64,000 nt of DNA, from the NCBI RefSeq assembly GCF_041956535.1, contig NW_027192198.1, positions 504,714 through 568,713 on the forward strand. The letters run 5' to 3'. Numbering within the stretch: the stretch's first letter is position 1; every line of letters starts with the position of its first letter. Source of the stretch: Calcarisporiella thermophila CBS 279.70. Its lineage: Eukaryota; Fungi; Calcarisporiellomycota. A model generated the notes under the pieces. The model made no database searches and had not been told where the DNA came from. It saw only the letters and a list, made by a program, of their open reading frames with translations. Positions 12,991 to 28,130 of this stretch are shown piece by piece. The translations under genes and the position numbers were made by a program.

Positions 12991-14070
12991 TTAGCTTAAT
13001 ACCGAGGGTAACTCAAGCAAATGTCCCACTCTCTGTACTTTCACCAGATAATTTAAAAAAATTATCAAGGTCTTTCAGCATGCCTGCAGAATTTTGTTCC
13101 CATACTTGTGGCACCATTGGGACACGCTCCACTATCCGTACCCTCGTATGTTCCAATTGTGAAATTTTATCAGAATTCTTGGTGAGCAGGCGAATTTCAC
13201 TAATTCCAAGGTCCTCTAGAATTAGCGATGCAACTTGATAGCTACGCCCATCAGTCGGGTGTTGCAAAAGAAGATTAGCAGTAACAGCGTCGTGACCAAG
13301 ATCCTGTAAATTATAAGCCCTTAAGAGTATCGGAATGTAGATTAAAATTTGAAACAGTAAAAAGTAGTTTATATTCACACTAACCTCAACTTTTCTAGTA
13401 GTCCAATTCCTCTCTCTTCCCGTTTCAGATACACGATTACGCCATAACCCTCCTGTAATATCATCCGCATTGACCTATTGAGCTGTTCACAGCAATCACA
13501 CCTTGTAGACTTAACAGCTTCACTAGTTAAACACTCTGAGTGAATCCGAACAAGTGGCTTCGTTTTCACTTTGCCTTCGGCAATCTCAGAAAAGGAGAGA
13601 GGGCTTGCACCCCGCAATATTCGGTCTGACACCGACTCTCCAGGACGGAAAGCTTCCAGACTTTGGCTGCGGAAATCTCCATACACAATTGCAAGGTGTT
13701 CTTTATCGTCATGTGAATTATGATAGAGATAAAGATAAAACTCCCCATGTGTAGCTGTTGGAATGAGAGCACGAACTTTGCATTCGACTTGAAGTCCAGA
13801 GGATCCGGTTGATGACAAAGTGGTATATTCGGTATCTTTTGCACCTAAGTGTGGGGGTGGAGTTGAAGGCGGGGTAAAAGTGGCTGATGCAAGTTGGGAA
13901 TGATACGACGAGGAAGTTTTGTGGGAATGGCAGCAACCTTTGCGACACCGGCTTACAGTAACTAATGAAAGGGGATCAACCACGTCGAATTAGAGATCGT
14001 TCATTTTGGAATTAGGCGAAGGTGGTGATATTATTTATCCACGTGCCCTATGATGGTGGTGAAATCTCAT
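12991..14070 (-). pseudogene. RIB1: GTP cyclohydrolase II (RibA/RIB1-like), probably degenerate; C-terminal frameshift
   Basis: [23 protein letters not shown]|RAYNLQDLG and DGRSY are present. Several consensus positions are altered, and the terminal YL.K..R.GHLL motif is in a different frame after a T7 run at 13055-13061. Probable first exon 14070-14043 (MRFHHHHRA). The family call is confident; pseudogene status is not. Confidence 0.6.
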
Positions 14071-14663
14071 CCTTAATTTTCCAATTATTTTAAGTGAAAT
14101 GAGAGTTGAAAAGAAGTAAAATTTGAAAAGCTAAATTTCACTACTTTCAACCCCGGAGAGAACAAACATTTGAAATTTTACAATTGAAATGGCACAGGTA
14201 AGAAAGCATATTAAAAATTCATTGGATGTGGAAAGGCATAATTTTTTGTACTAAGAGCAATGGTATATAAAATCTACGGTATATTGTGGTAAATTGCTCA
14301 TAGAAAATGGGCTATGATTACAAACGATAGCGTAATATAATAATAAGCATACAATTGTTAATTCCAAATTTGTCGACGTAATGATCGATAATCTCACTAA
14401 CTTGTATACAAAAGAGATTTACATCAAGTAGGTGAGGGATCATGTTTTGCGCTCTATTTAGACTACTTAGGTCTGTTTCCGCGTTCTGAATCTATTGGCC
14501 AGTTTTGGAGCGATTTGCTGATGCATTAGGCACTCTTTTCATTCTAATATATTAAAAAACTCGCTTAAAAGAAAACAAATAATATATTTAGTAACATTCA
14601 AATTAATTCGGATAATAAAGTGTGTCTATGCAATATCTAAAATGGTGTCAAATTTTGAATATT

Positions 14664-17600
14664 CTAGTCTTTTTTTAGCCGATAGGGCTCTGTCACCACC
14701 GCATGCCCCACCAGTAAATGGCTTAGTGAGAAGAGAAAGATCGTAAACAATACAAATAAACTTGCGATGATAAAGTGCGAGATGCTAGTTCCGATTTCTA
14801 ACCAGCTGCCGTCATCCCGTACTTGATAGAAGAAATTAAGCGTAATGATATCAGTAGTCGAAAGCACAAGTAGGAATAATGAGAAAGGTGGTAACCCGAG
14901 AATTCTTGATAGCACCCCATATATAGACGTCAATATAAGGAATGGAATGAGAATTTTGCCGATTAACAATACGCCCATTAAGAAGGGATTAAACACGGTC
15001 GTTAACCGATAAACTGATTCGAGACTGAAAGTGCTAAGGCTTGCGATGTTACCGGTACCAAAGAATCCCACTTGGATGAAAAAGAGGAAAGTAAGGGCTA
15101 TACGAGCATCTCCTATCACAAGGCTCCGTTGGCCAGTTGACGATTTTGTTTGACTAGCAACAATACGCTCTATGTGTAGCCAAAGGAAAAGCACGATTGA
15201 GAAGAAATAATAAAAAAGTACTTCGTAGGAGATGCTGAGTAGGATGAAAATAGGTGCGAAAGCAAGCCAGATGAAAATAAGTCGATGGAGATAATGTTGC
15301 TGATTATGCATTCCATAGATAAATGGACTAATACCCGATACACCTATCAAATAGAAGCTGACGTTGGATTGTAAAAACGAATTTGACACAACAAATGTAT
15401 CTACCTAACACAACCCAGCTCATGTACTGATTGAATACACGCAATCCAGTTTTTGCTCGTAAGCTTGCAGATGTATCCCACACTAATATCATGCTAACTA
15501 TAGTCATACTGAGTTGGGCAAATATTAAGAATCGATCGAATGCCAACGTAGTCGATGGCTTGGCTGTCATAAAATGCGAACTCTTCCAGAATGCGAGACA
15601 ACCAGTCAACACGATTAATATTCCGCCAGCAATCCTATATGTTCATGTTAAACATTAGGTAAGGTATTGCTCTTCCCTACTGGGCTCTCTACATTCTCTC
15701 AAAAATAAAAGTCATACACTAGATGGGTATTCTCTGAGAGTTCCGGCGAAAGCATCGTGAATGCGGATGTGCAAACACAAAAAAATGACCACTGAATCAA
15801 GAGTGGCCAGTTAGCTTTCAAGGAGGTGGCTGAAGAAAACCATGGCCAGCACGCAAGCAATATAAAACCAGCCGATAAAAGCTCCCGATGGTGGTAACTA
15901 GTAACCTTTAAAAACCAACTTTATGAATATATATTCCTCTAAAATTATAATAATATACATACCAGTAGCTGCATTCCACCAATATAGAATACCACCATTA
16001 GAATGATAAAAGGTAGACGATGTTGATGATAAGCCAATTTCAATATATTAAGATAGATATCACGACGCTTGGCGATTTCAGTCCAGAAGAAGATGGGAAA
16101 TATAGCATAAGCGTAGTACATGAAGGGCATAGACTGTATGTATATCATGCCAAAAAGAATAGATGCAACAGTAAGTGCAACTCCATATATCTAGGAATCA
16201 AATAAAAAAGAATCAATCTTATTCCATATTAGCCTATAGCCATTCAAAGGTTACCAAAGAGCGATATGCGTCTATATGGGTAGTCTTTAGAGCACTTCCA
16301 TTTTGCTCTGAACTAGATAGCACATAGCGTCTGAGAACGAAGCTGAATGAAAATAGTATCCACCCTATATATCCTGCACTGACAATGCTTCTCAGAAAGA
16401 GCCAATCATAGGTCTGGAAATAGCGCAATCCTTCTAGGCACAAGTCAATTAATGTCATACAGAAAGATATGGCTTCATCGTAATTAGCTGACTCGATAAG
16501 GTTATTAATCAGTTCGAGCAGCACTTCAGGACGGTGGGTTGAATTGGAAAGCGGAGAAAAAGGCTTAAAAAAGAGTTCGGTGCTCGCCTTACTCGCTATG
16601 TAAAAATACAATGTATCAACACAGGTATGGCTATACTTCAAAAAATTAATTACCGTATTTCACTTGGTACTGGGCAAGAATCTGCTTAGCATTTACAAAT
16701 GCCGTATGTGCTTTGAATTCCGGTGTGCTTTCAATGTAGTCTAATGGCAATTTTCCAACTGAATTGAGTGGATAAGAGATTCCAATTAGAGAAGACATAA
16801 GTGGAGCAATATCAGCCTGATTAACATCATTGCGCTGAACGGGCAAATTCCACTCTGCTGAAAATTCATCATGCCCACTGGGGTGAGTATAATTTGGGCG
16901 GGAAATTCCAGCACCCCATGCTATCAACGGAGTACGTGTATTGTCTGGGTGCCCATCTCCGTGCACCCCGCGATTGTTCATACCATGATCGGCTGTAAAA
17001 ATATAGGCAGTGCGTCCGTCACCATAGAATTGCTCGAAAATATTCACCATTTTCTGCACCCCTTTATCAACATAGAGGATATTGTTGATATATTGCGGAG
17101 AGTTCGGACGATGCGCATGGCCATTAGTGTCAAGACCCAGTAGATGCAAGAAGAAAATGTTCTTTGGTTGGCGAAGTTTAATGTTGAGTTCTGGGTCTTT
17201 GGTGGCATTATCGAAGAGTTCTTCAACTTTTTCAAACACCCATTCATCTAATATATACGCATCTATTTTATAATATGATAAAAATTAAATAAGTGAAGTC
17301 GAAAGAGTCAGAATGATTCAAATACCTTTCATTCCAAAATCTTCCCATTCAGGTGGATACATTTCCATTTCAACACGATCAGGGTCTGACGCTCCGTGCG
17401 CAAACATAGGTAAAATATCAGGAGATCCAAACGACCAAGTATGATGACTCTCATTAAAAACAGAATCAAATTCGACTGGATTCATCTTCCAACCTTCAAA
17501 AATAGATCAAAAGTTTGATAAAACAGTTGTAATATATAATATTCAAAAATTGTTCTATTAAATTTACCTTTAGTAACTGCACTGACATCTTCATAGAATC

Positions 17601-18044
17601 CGGCAATAATAGCAACGTGCCCAGGGCGGGACTCAGTGGGAACACGAGTATGTGAAACGCCCCACCGTCCTCGATTTAAAACTATATTGCGAAGATATGG
17701 TGCCTTACTGACCATATTGCCATCTTCGTTATGAAACTGGTATAATTTATCAGCACGCAAACCATCAGCTGATGATTATCATTAAAATTAGTGAATCAAA
17801 AATCAGATGATAATGAGAAGAGTTTACCAACGAATAGCACTAGTCGATCAGCGGGAGGTGGCATATCCACTTTTTGCGGAGTCATTCCATGAACAAGGGG
17901 AGATTTGAAATATATATCAAAGATGCTGAATATATAGAAGACATGGAAAAAAATCCCTAATAGAATTAGTAGCACAGTTGATGATTTTTGCATTTTTGGA
18001 AGCGTAGCCGTAGCAGACTTGCTCTCTTGTATACTAGAGAGCAT
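14664..18044 (-). CDS. MCD4: GPI ethanolamine phosphate transferase 1 (PIGN)
   Basis: [83 protein letters not shown] and [13 protein letters not shown]. Confidence 0.96.
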
Positions 18045-18573
18045 TCTGAACTAATTTGGAGCTAGAGTTGTTAAGTTCAAAATAGATGTTCGAGATAGTT
18101 GCATATTTAAATAGAGTGGTCACAAACCAACTTCGAAAGTATTAAATATTTCATTTCGTGATGAAATATTCCACCTCATAAAGCAGGATGGAATGACATT
18201 AATTCGGGATGTATATTAAACTCATGTCATTTAGGGTGTAAAAAATTATATTGTAGCCAAAATAATGAATAAAATAATTCATACTAGAATCATTATGAAC
18301 TGTTTGAACAGTTCGAATCGATAACATGATTGGGATATTAATATTTTCACATATATAATATGTCGCTGGGTACCGCCTAATCCTAAAGATATAATCTTGT
18401 CAAAGTGAATAATTTATGTAGAGAAGCTATATGAATAATGGCATGATAGTGTAGATAATCTAATAAAAATAATTCACACGAATATTACGCAAAACCAAAA
18501 TTAATGCGTTGTAATCGCGAATTTTTCGATTATAACACAGTTTCTATTATTTTTTTTCTCACCACTCCTCGCG

Positions 18574-20220
18574 ATGAATATAATAATCACACTTTGGTTA
18601 GGTGCCTTTTCCGCACTAAATGTGTGGGCATTTCCACATCAGCTACCATTTTCGCACCCTCTAACTACCTCAATAGCAGATTATAATATACCCGAACAAC
18701 CGCTAACCTTTGATGGACATGAAATACTACAAGTTAACGTCCGCAACCAGGAGGAATTGTTTGAACTACAACAACTTGTTGACGAATACCAACTTGATTT
18801 ATGGACTCCACTACGTGTAGGAAAGGTTGATGTGCGAATTCCGCCTGAGATCTCTTCTTTATTTTTTTCACGAATATCCTCGCCAACAGAAACGAAAATA
18901 TCTGATCTACAACAAGTGATAAATGCTCAGCGTCCTGCGCATAGTTTTACCAATTTTACGAATGGATTCTTTATGAATTATCACGATTACGATGAAATAC
19001 TGAATTTCACGCGTTCTATTGCTGAGCGTCATTCAGATATAGCTCAACTTATCTCCATTGGCAAAACATATGAGGGGAGGGATATTTATGGCTTACGAAT
19101 CCATAAACAATCTCAATCAGAAACATTAGATAAGTCCTCTAATAATTCAGAGTATAAAAACCTGTCAACCTTTCGACAAAGAAAAAACAATAAAGGATTC
19201 GTTATGCATGGTGGACAGCACGCAAGAGAGTGGATTTCTGTGGTAAGCATTTTGCTGCAGCATTATTGGATTATAACAAGGTATATCACCATTTGCTTGT
19301 TAAAATGTATTAGGCGGTCGTTACTTACATAATGGAGCAATTAACCTCGGGCTATGGAAAGAATCCAAAAGTCACACGACTTGTAGATTCGCTCGAATTT
19401 ACGTTAATACCTGTTCTAAACGTGGATGGATATGTGTTTACTCATAAGTATAATCGAATGGTATTTATTTATAATTTTGTTAAATCGCAAGGTTATCAAC
19501 TAAACATACCCTTCATACTACCAGTGGAGGAAAAATCGGCAGCCAACCGACATCGCATGGTGTAAGGGGATTGACCCTAATCGTAGCTGGGTATTCAACT
19601 TCTACTCTTTGCTTAAATTGCTGAATTCTGAACATAATTTCATACCACCAGGGTTATAAATGGGGCCACGGCGGATCTTCCAGCAATCCCTGTAGCGAAG
19701 CGTATCATGGACCTTCGCCTTTTAGCGCTATCGAAGCGCGTCTAATGGCAGATTATCTACTTGCGCAAGGCAACGTTATTGCCTATATTGATTTTCATGC
19801 CTATTCTCAACTTTGGATGACACCATTTACATCAGATTGTGAAGCTATTCCTCGTGATTATGAAGATCAAGTCGAGCTTGCTACTATCGCCACGCGTGCA
19901 CTTCGTAAAACGCATGGAACAAGATTTGCCGTAGGGCGAGGTAAGTATTTAACATTTTTAATATTTTTTAAATATTTAAATTAATATTCTATGTAGTTTG
20001 CGATATTATCTACCAAGCTTCGGGTGGATCCCTTGATTGGACATACGTTATCGCAGGAATAAAATATAGCTATGCAGTGGAACTAAGAGATACGGGGAAA
20101 TACGGTTTTCTTCTCCCCCCATCTCAGATTTTGCCAAGTGGAGAAGAGACCTGGAACGCTGTGTTGCATATGTCCGACTTTATTCTTGAAAGAGAAGTTA
20201 TAGGGCCGACTTATTCTTAG
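18574..20220 (+). CDS. Secreted zinc carboxypeptidase, M14A family, with propeptide
   Basis: Signal peptide, propeptide (LDLW..VDVRIPP), [44 protein letters not shown] and catalytic ELRD. TAG at 20218-20220. Confidence 0.93.
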
Positions 20221-20605
20221 CCTGTTTTGAATTTTTGTTAATAATGTTATAGTCTCCAACATAATGTTTGAAGTTATCTTTATCGTATCAGCACTGTATA
20301 TTAAATGTGTTTTCATTTAATTACTAAATTTTTCATATTCCAGCTGTATTTCTTGACAAATCGATTAAATGCATATAAATACATATACTCTTACGAATGC
20401 ATTGAAATAAAAAACTAACTGAACAGGACGATTCAAAATATATCATTGAAAACACGAAATAGAATCCAAAGTCAATGGGGAAAGCTAATGGTTCGACTAA
20501 TAAAACGTTGGAAATATTAAAGGAATATATGTAAACACAAGTCGAATATATACATGTTACAATATATTCTATTCCTAAAGCATAGGAATGCGCTCAGTAA
20601 TATAT

Positions 20606-21518
20606 TTAAGATTGTTTACGCTCCGAACTTCCCGGAGTATGGAAATATCCAGATGAAGAACGAGATCCGAGTGACATAAGAGTATACGCTGTCTGTTCAA
20701 GAGTAGGTTGTGGTAACGGCATTGACGGAAAATTATACGAAAATGCTGGCAATGATGGTGGACAAAATTTATTTGGTATTTTTGAACCTGCGTTCACCGA
20801 GTCAATATCCGAGTTAGGGGGAGAAGGAGGCTGATTCGAGCCACCAAAAATAGAGCGCAAAGGAGGTAATATCACCGCCCTGTTTCCAACTTTCTCATCT
20901 TCTCTACCCTCACATTGTTTTATTATGCGACGCTTTGAAGGGGTTTCTGCCGGTGTGCTTTCTCGAGTGAATAGAGGTGAACTTCTTGTACGTTTTAATT
21001 CTAGCATGGAATTTTCTTCAAGAGAAGATAGACGTGACATCTCAAGCAACAGACGCTTGTTCTCACGTTGAAGATGTTTGATATAACCGGCTGCAACTTT
21101 TAGGACGGCAACCTTTCCCAAACGTTGACGCGACTCCTCCTCGTGAAAAGTATCTGGAACAAGACGTGATATTTCAATAATAGTATCTCGAAGCTCCGTG
21201 CGATTCTCTCGCTCTCTTCGGTTGCTCGTTTCGCGAATATCTGTGTTTATCTTACCGCTCTTAACATGTCTAGCATTACTGTCAGACAGTTAACTTCAGT
21301 ACCAAAACAAACTGAATGTCATATAGAAGAAAAAATAAAAGCAACAAATACTTTGATGAATTGTCATTCAATCGCATTGTAATTGAAGATGTTGTGAGAG
21401 TAGCTGAAGAATTAGCTAGACTTTCTGAGAATGGCTGGCGGTGGCGTCGCGAAATAAATTTATGATTGACATTAACTCCCTCGAGTGGAAGGTCATGCTT
21501 AATTTTCTCTACGCTCAT
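20606..21518 (-). CDS. bHLH-leucine zipper transcription factor (2 exons)
   Basis: Reading upstream of ORF 20606..21121 gives SNRRERENRTELRDTIIEISRLVP....LGKVAVLKVAAGYIKHLQRENKRL. Intron at ~21350-21280. Confidence 0.8.
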
Positions 21519-22121
21519 AATGCAAATTTTTAATTAGAAAAAAAAATATTTGAAAAAGAGAATGAAGGAGGGTGAAAAAGAGCTTCTAGCGAGTAGATGG
21601 ATTTATAACAGATACAAAAACATTAGCTTCAGGAATCATGTATGTACAAACTGGTTTTTTTCAAACAAATTTTACCCTCTACCCAAAATTGCATATCTTT
21701 CTTTAAATAAAATTCGATAAGCGAGTGAAAATGAATATATTATCGCAGCGAAATGTTAACAATCTGCCCGTCCCAGAAGTATTTAATATATGAACTAAGC
21801 ATGCTCAATGTATAACTGAATTTGTATTTATATAATAGAGTGAACATGATGAAATCGCAAGTAATTTTTTAACACCTAATGGATGGAATCATTCTTCTTT
21901 ACGGGTAGTTGAAAAGTTAAAAGATCCACTATGGGCAGATAATTCATTTCCTCGGCATGAGGCTACAATAGCATATTGTATTCTTGGTATTGTTTTTTTA
22001 AATTCATTGTTGGCCTGGTTGTGAGATTTATTTAGTGATCTTAATTGAAATCGAATTAGATTTAGTTAAACACTAAAATATAGTACGAGAAGAATTGTAT
22101 AGCAATGAATTATAACAAATT

Positions 22122-22162
22122 CGCACGCGCACACACACGCATATATATATATATATATATAT
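22122..22162. repeat. Compound (CG/CA)n(AT)11 alternating purine-pyrimidine microsatellite
   Basis: cgcacgcgcacacacacgc followed by (at)11, read directly. Confidence 0.9.
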
Positions 22163-22940
22163 CTCTTGTTAGTTGTATTTTAGTTTATCAATTAATTCCA
22201 GAATCTTATGGTTAATGCTACTGACTTGAATATCTTTCTAGAGGCTCTCTATGTTTGTATAGAGATAACCGATGATTAAAAAACTAATTCAGCAACCATT
22301 CATATATATTATCGGTGTTTATCTGCCATGACAAACTCTTTGAGCAAAAATGTAGTCAATGTTTATATAACACTCCTTTCCAGTTTACATTTCTATTTTT
22401 TTTAGCGAAATGTCTAAATGAATCCCATCACCAAAGTATCTAATCTCAGCTTTCCTGTTCATATTGAGCATAAAAGTCTTACAATTTCCATGAAGGAAAT
22501 AAAAACGCCTTTTAGTTAAAACATAACTATGGTATTCAGTTGGCAAAGATACCCAAATAAGTATACAATACACCTCAATATTGAGCATTTCCATATTTGT
22601 CTAGAATATCTCTCTTAGACCTGCAAAATGATAGATCTTGGATTCATTCAATAGATGTTTTCCCACCGCATAAAAGTTCTCTCCGGCTTTTTGTATCAAA
22701 AGTTTATAAACCCTTGTCGGGGATTTTTCAAAATTGACACTATAGACCAAAGTATGAGTGAAGTTCGAGGAAGGAAAATGAATGGCGTTAACAGAGAGCT
22801 TGCTATAGATAGTTAGTTTGTCGAAGGCGCCCTTTTTGAGCGTAACTATGACGTTATATCTTTATTATCATTAAATATAAATTCGTATACTGATATTTTT
22901 CATTTCAAACAATAACGAAATTTATCAGTTCATTAAAACA

Positions 22941-24015
22941 ATGTCCGGTAATAACAACCGCACCGCGTATCCTGAACACATTCCGGGTCAAACTCAGTTG
23001 CAACAACCTCAACCTGGCATCGAGAGCCAGATGCACCCACGACCAATCTACTCTAGCCTGGAAGGCACCCGAGAGGAACAAGGCACTCATATCCCTACCC
23101 TTGAGGAATATCGAGGTGCTGGCAAACTTGCAGGGAAAATTGCACTTGTCACGGTACACTCGGAATTCTGCTGATAGTCTGTTCAATAAATAGCCTAAAT
23201 TACTGATCTATAAAACTACAATAGGGAGGTGATTCAGGAATCGGAAGAGCTGCTGCTGTACTTTTTGCAAAAGAAAAGGCGGAGGGTGTTGTGATAACCT
23301 ATCTTCCACAAGAGCACCAGGATGCCGTTGAGACTATGAATGCTATCGAAAAGGAAGGCGTCAAAGGTTTGGCCGTAAGCGTCGACCTCGCCAAAGGTGA
23401 GGAGGTTGCCAAAGGAGTAGTTGATCAGGTTATTAAAACATTTGGCCGGATTGATGTTCTTGTAAATAATGCTGCCGAGCAACATATGGTGGAAAAGATA
23501 GAGGATGTTAAGGCAGAAGAGATTGAATCTACATTCCGCACTAATATCTTTTCGATGTTCTATCTGACAAAGCATGCGCTTCCACACATGAAAAGGGGTT
23601 CATCTATTATCAACACCACTTCCGTGGTAGCATTTCAGGGACATCCAAAGTTGCTTGCTTATTCGGCGACTAAAGGTGCAATTGTATCGTTTACTCGATC
23701 ACTGGCGATGCAACTCGCAGATAGAGGAATCCGAGTGAATGGAGTTGCACCTGGGCCTGTGTACACTCCTCTACAACCAGCCTCTCGCGAAAAAGAGAAC
23801 ATGGAGGGGTGGGGTAAAGAAATGCCGCTTTCACGTCCCGGCCAACCTGCAGAAATTGGGCCTAGTTATGTATTCTTGGCCAGTCAAGACTCTTCTCAAT
23901 ATATTGGCCAAATACTTCATCCAAATGGTAAATGTTGATAAATCTCTAATCTTTAACTCTCAATATCCGGCTAATGAACTCGAAATATTGAAATACAGGA
24001 GGAACTCCGATATAA
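22941..24015 (+). CDS. Short-chain dehydrogenase/reductase, glucose/ribitol dehydrogenase (YhdF/YdaD-like) type
   Basis: QQPQPGIESQMHPRP N-terminus, ALVT|GGDSGIGRA, NNAA, YSATK and IRVNGVAPGP. Three exons ending HPNGGTPI*. Confidence 0.92.
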
Positions 24016-24223
24016 TCTTGGACTACTGATATATACGTATATTCTGATTTTTGTTTGGAATCCAATAAAATTTTCGAATATTGGAATTTTATACTATCAT
24101 TAGCACGGGTCACTACGATTGGTGAATACTTCAGTAAAAATAGAACAAATACATTTCTAATTTTTTGTGCACATATTCTTAGCACTTTGCACCTTTCATC
24201 TCTTTTATTTCCATCTCTTCTGA

Positions 24224-25400
<1,177 letters not shown>

Positions 25401-25648
25401 ACATAATGCTTGAGATATATAACTAAGCAAAGATTTTTGGCCAAAATTTTACCCTCCGTCCTATCTAGGCCTTTTCCTTATTATATAATAATGCTAATAT
25501 ATCAAGATAAATTTTATCATGCAAGTTTATTAAATATCAAATAACATTCAGTATCAATTATTGCATGCTATTCCTTGAAAATGACGATCTCCCAATTATA
25601 ATAGAATAATAGAAAGCAACATTGGGCGTTTTAAAACACGTAGAGAAG

Positions 25649-26632
25649 TTAATCCGCTTTTTTAATGTTCCGCATTCGAATATTGTTATCGCCTTTATCC
25701 TCGTTGATAATCTTTTCTTCCACGCGATACACACTAAGATCTTTCTCCAAATGATCTATTTTTTCTTGGAGCGTAAACTTGGATTCTTGAAGTTTATCGC
25801 ACTCTTTTGATTTTTCGATAAGCTATAATGCCAACATCAATATCTATCCAGATAGCATAAATTAATTTAATTTCCTATTCACCTGTTTTCTTAGGGCATC
25901 AACTTTTTCTTCACTCTTTAAAAAGTCCATCACAAGTTGGTATGTGCGAACTAGGATAAGTGATAAAAACAGTGTGAAGCCACAGAGATAAAAGTTACGC
26001 TGCGAATATAGCCGAGTTGTAATCAAGTGGTGGTTTTCTGAATGGGCATGATGAACTCCCTCTGCGCGTGAGCGTGCAAGTTCTCCGTTCGCTCGAAGCA
26101 TTCGGTTAATTGAATCTAGTAGAGGAAAGAAATGAGTAGCAAAATTATAAAATGTGAATTAGCAATAATTGCAGCTATATAAGAAAAACCCACCGATAAA
26201 TAGAATTAGAACGAATCTAGTGAAGAAACAGAAATTGATATCATCAAGATCCTTATACAGGTAAAAAATAAAAAAGTAACACTTACACAAACATGATTTT
26301 GAGACTATACACGACTTTTCCAACCTTAATGTAATTAATGAGAATTTAGAATTAATGAAGCAAAAAGCATCTTTAAATACCATGGGAGAGTTAGACATCC
26401 AGCGAAAAGTGGCGCGTCTCCAAGCTAATGGTAGTGGAAGCTATTGACAACATTGACTTTGTGAAGAAAGATCAAATGTTCTTGAAAGACTTAATACAAA
26501 CCACAAAAAAAACAAATGCTGCCATTTCAAGTACCAAAAGAGTGAACACCTTTAAATCAGATATAGTTGCATTAATAAAACGTCTCTAAGAAATGGTGTA
26601 AAATAACTTACAAGCTGATAGTGTAGAGCCAT
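25649..26632 (-). CDS. BAP31/BAP29 (Yet-family) ER membrane protein
   Basis: MALHYQL|VFTLLVLEM..LPLP, LF.DSINR and YSQRNFYLCGFTLFLSL, then a coiled-coil tail ending in the dilysine ER-retrieval motif KKAD*. Confidence 0.9.
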
Positions 26633-27321
26633 TTTGTAAGTGAATACTTAAAATTTGAAGTAAAGGGTAGATTAATTGAAAAGCTCTCAGACTGAAGTCT
26701 TATGAATTCGCCAAGAAATTTCGTGCTGCGCCATAAAATCCTCGGTTTTTAGAATAAAAATTTCCGGAGTGCATTCTACAGAGATATATATTTTTGATAG
26801 CTTCAGAAATTTTATGGTCGTGATATTTTATAATCTATAAACCACTTCAAGCTATTAAAAGGATCTAGTTATTTTTTTAAGAAGGTTCTCTATAACTCTA
26901 TTTTTTGTTTATTGGATACTCTATAATTCATAGAAATCGCAGCATAAAGTAATGGTTTTAGAAGAATTTATAGTGAATAGAGAATATTGTATTTAGCTAG
27001 AGTTTTACTCAAAAATACCGTGAAGAAAAAGGGTAGAATGTCTATCTATTATTCTGTAAGATATCTCGAATTATTTCTTTATGCTCTGTTGCGAATTGTT
27101 TTGTAGTGAAATTATCGGATTTTAAATAGATTTATGTAATCGGATTTGACGTATAAATGAAAAGTTGGATTTTCAATTTAAACTTGACGATATAGGTTAA
27201 TTTCGTCAGAAAAAACTGATCCAAAAAATGAAAATATTATAAATACTGCTTAGAGAAAGGGTGTAGAAAGAATAGAAGCGATTACATTATAAAGAGCTCT
27301 CTTCAATAAATTACTAAACTC

Positions 27322-28130
27322 TTAGAAAGCGAGCGATGCCAGCAAAGGGATTATGGCAAAGGCAACGGCAGGGAGCACTCCAGAAGCGCTAGACTTTTGT
27401 GCGGGTTGACTTTGAGCAGAGCCAGGGGAAGCACTTGAAGAGGTACCAGAAGTTGGTTGAGCTGCAGGTGCGGAGGTTGGAGGGTCAGGCGGGCAAGTTG
27501 GAACACAGCTCGCTGCGAGAACCGTGAACTGACCTGAATATGCTACGTTAGGTTCATTACCTATTGAAAAATCAAAATAGATTATTTTCCGAAATATTAT
27601 CTTCCATAACAGCTTGCTAACCTAATGCAATTGCATAAGTATTATCAACAGGAAGACTGTTAGGAATATTCCAAGTGAATGAGCCAGAGGCACCATCAAC
27701 TGAGCTTGACAAAACAGTAACTAGCTGCAGTGCAGCTGGATTTCCCTTGAGCAATTTAATAGTAATAGGTCCAGGAGCTCCATTATTCCTATTTTTGTAA
27801 TACAATTAGGGCAACAATGGAATCGGAGATATTTAATATGAATGGGAATATACCAAATAATTTGTTGAGTTTCTCCAGCTTTCCTAAAGATTTCGGAGAC
27901 AGGATTGTATATGTTATACTTTTAAAATCTTAAAAAAGACGTTTTTTAGAGCTTACCAGACTGTCCCGGTAACCTTTGTAAAGAAATTGTGGAAATAGCA
28001 AAGTTATACTATTTATATATTAATGACTATTTGGATCGATAAAGATGCTTACCGGTTGAGTAATGAATGGCTTTTGGGCTAAAGCAAAGCCGATATAGGA
28101 AAGGAGAAGCAAATAGACAAGCTTGAGCAT
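27322..28130 (-). CDS. Ser/Thr-rich GPI-anchored cell-surface protein (Kre9/Knh1-N-like domain)
   Basis: Signal peptide, ITQP|VTGTVW|KAGETQQIIW, GSFTWNIPNSLP..TYAIAL, YSGQFTV, an S/T/P/Q linker and a hydrophobic C-terminal GPI signal. Two very short internal exons. Confidence 0.85.

Noticed and set aside
13990-14004. ATG at 14004 followed by an in-frame TAA (MNDL*) suggested a premature stop or readthrough in RIB1
   Set aside because: The segment fits inside a phase-compatible intron (~14042-13962; CTAAT branch, CATTAG acceptor) joining an upstream ATG at 14070.
22385-22594. 69-aa ORF in the bHLH/SDR intergenic region
   Set aside because: AT-rich with no recognisable motif; probably spurious.
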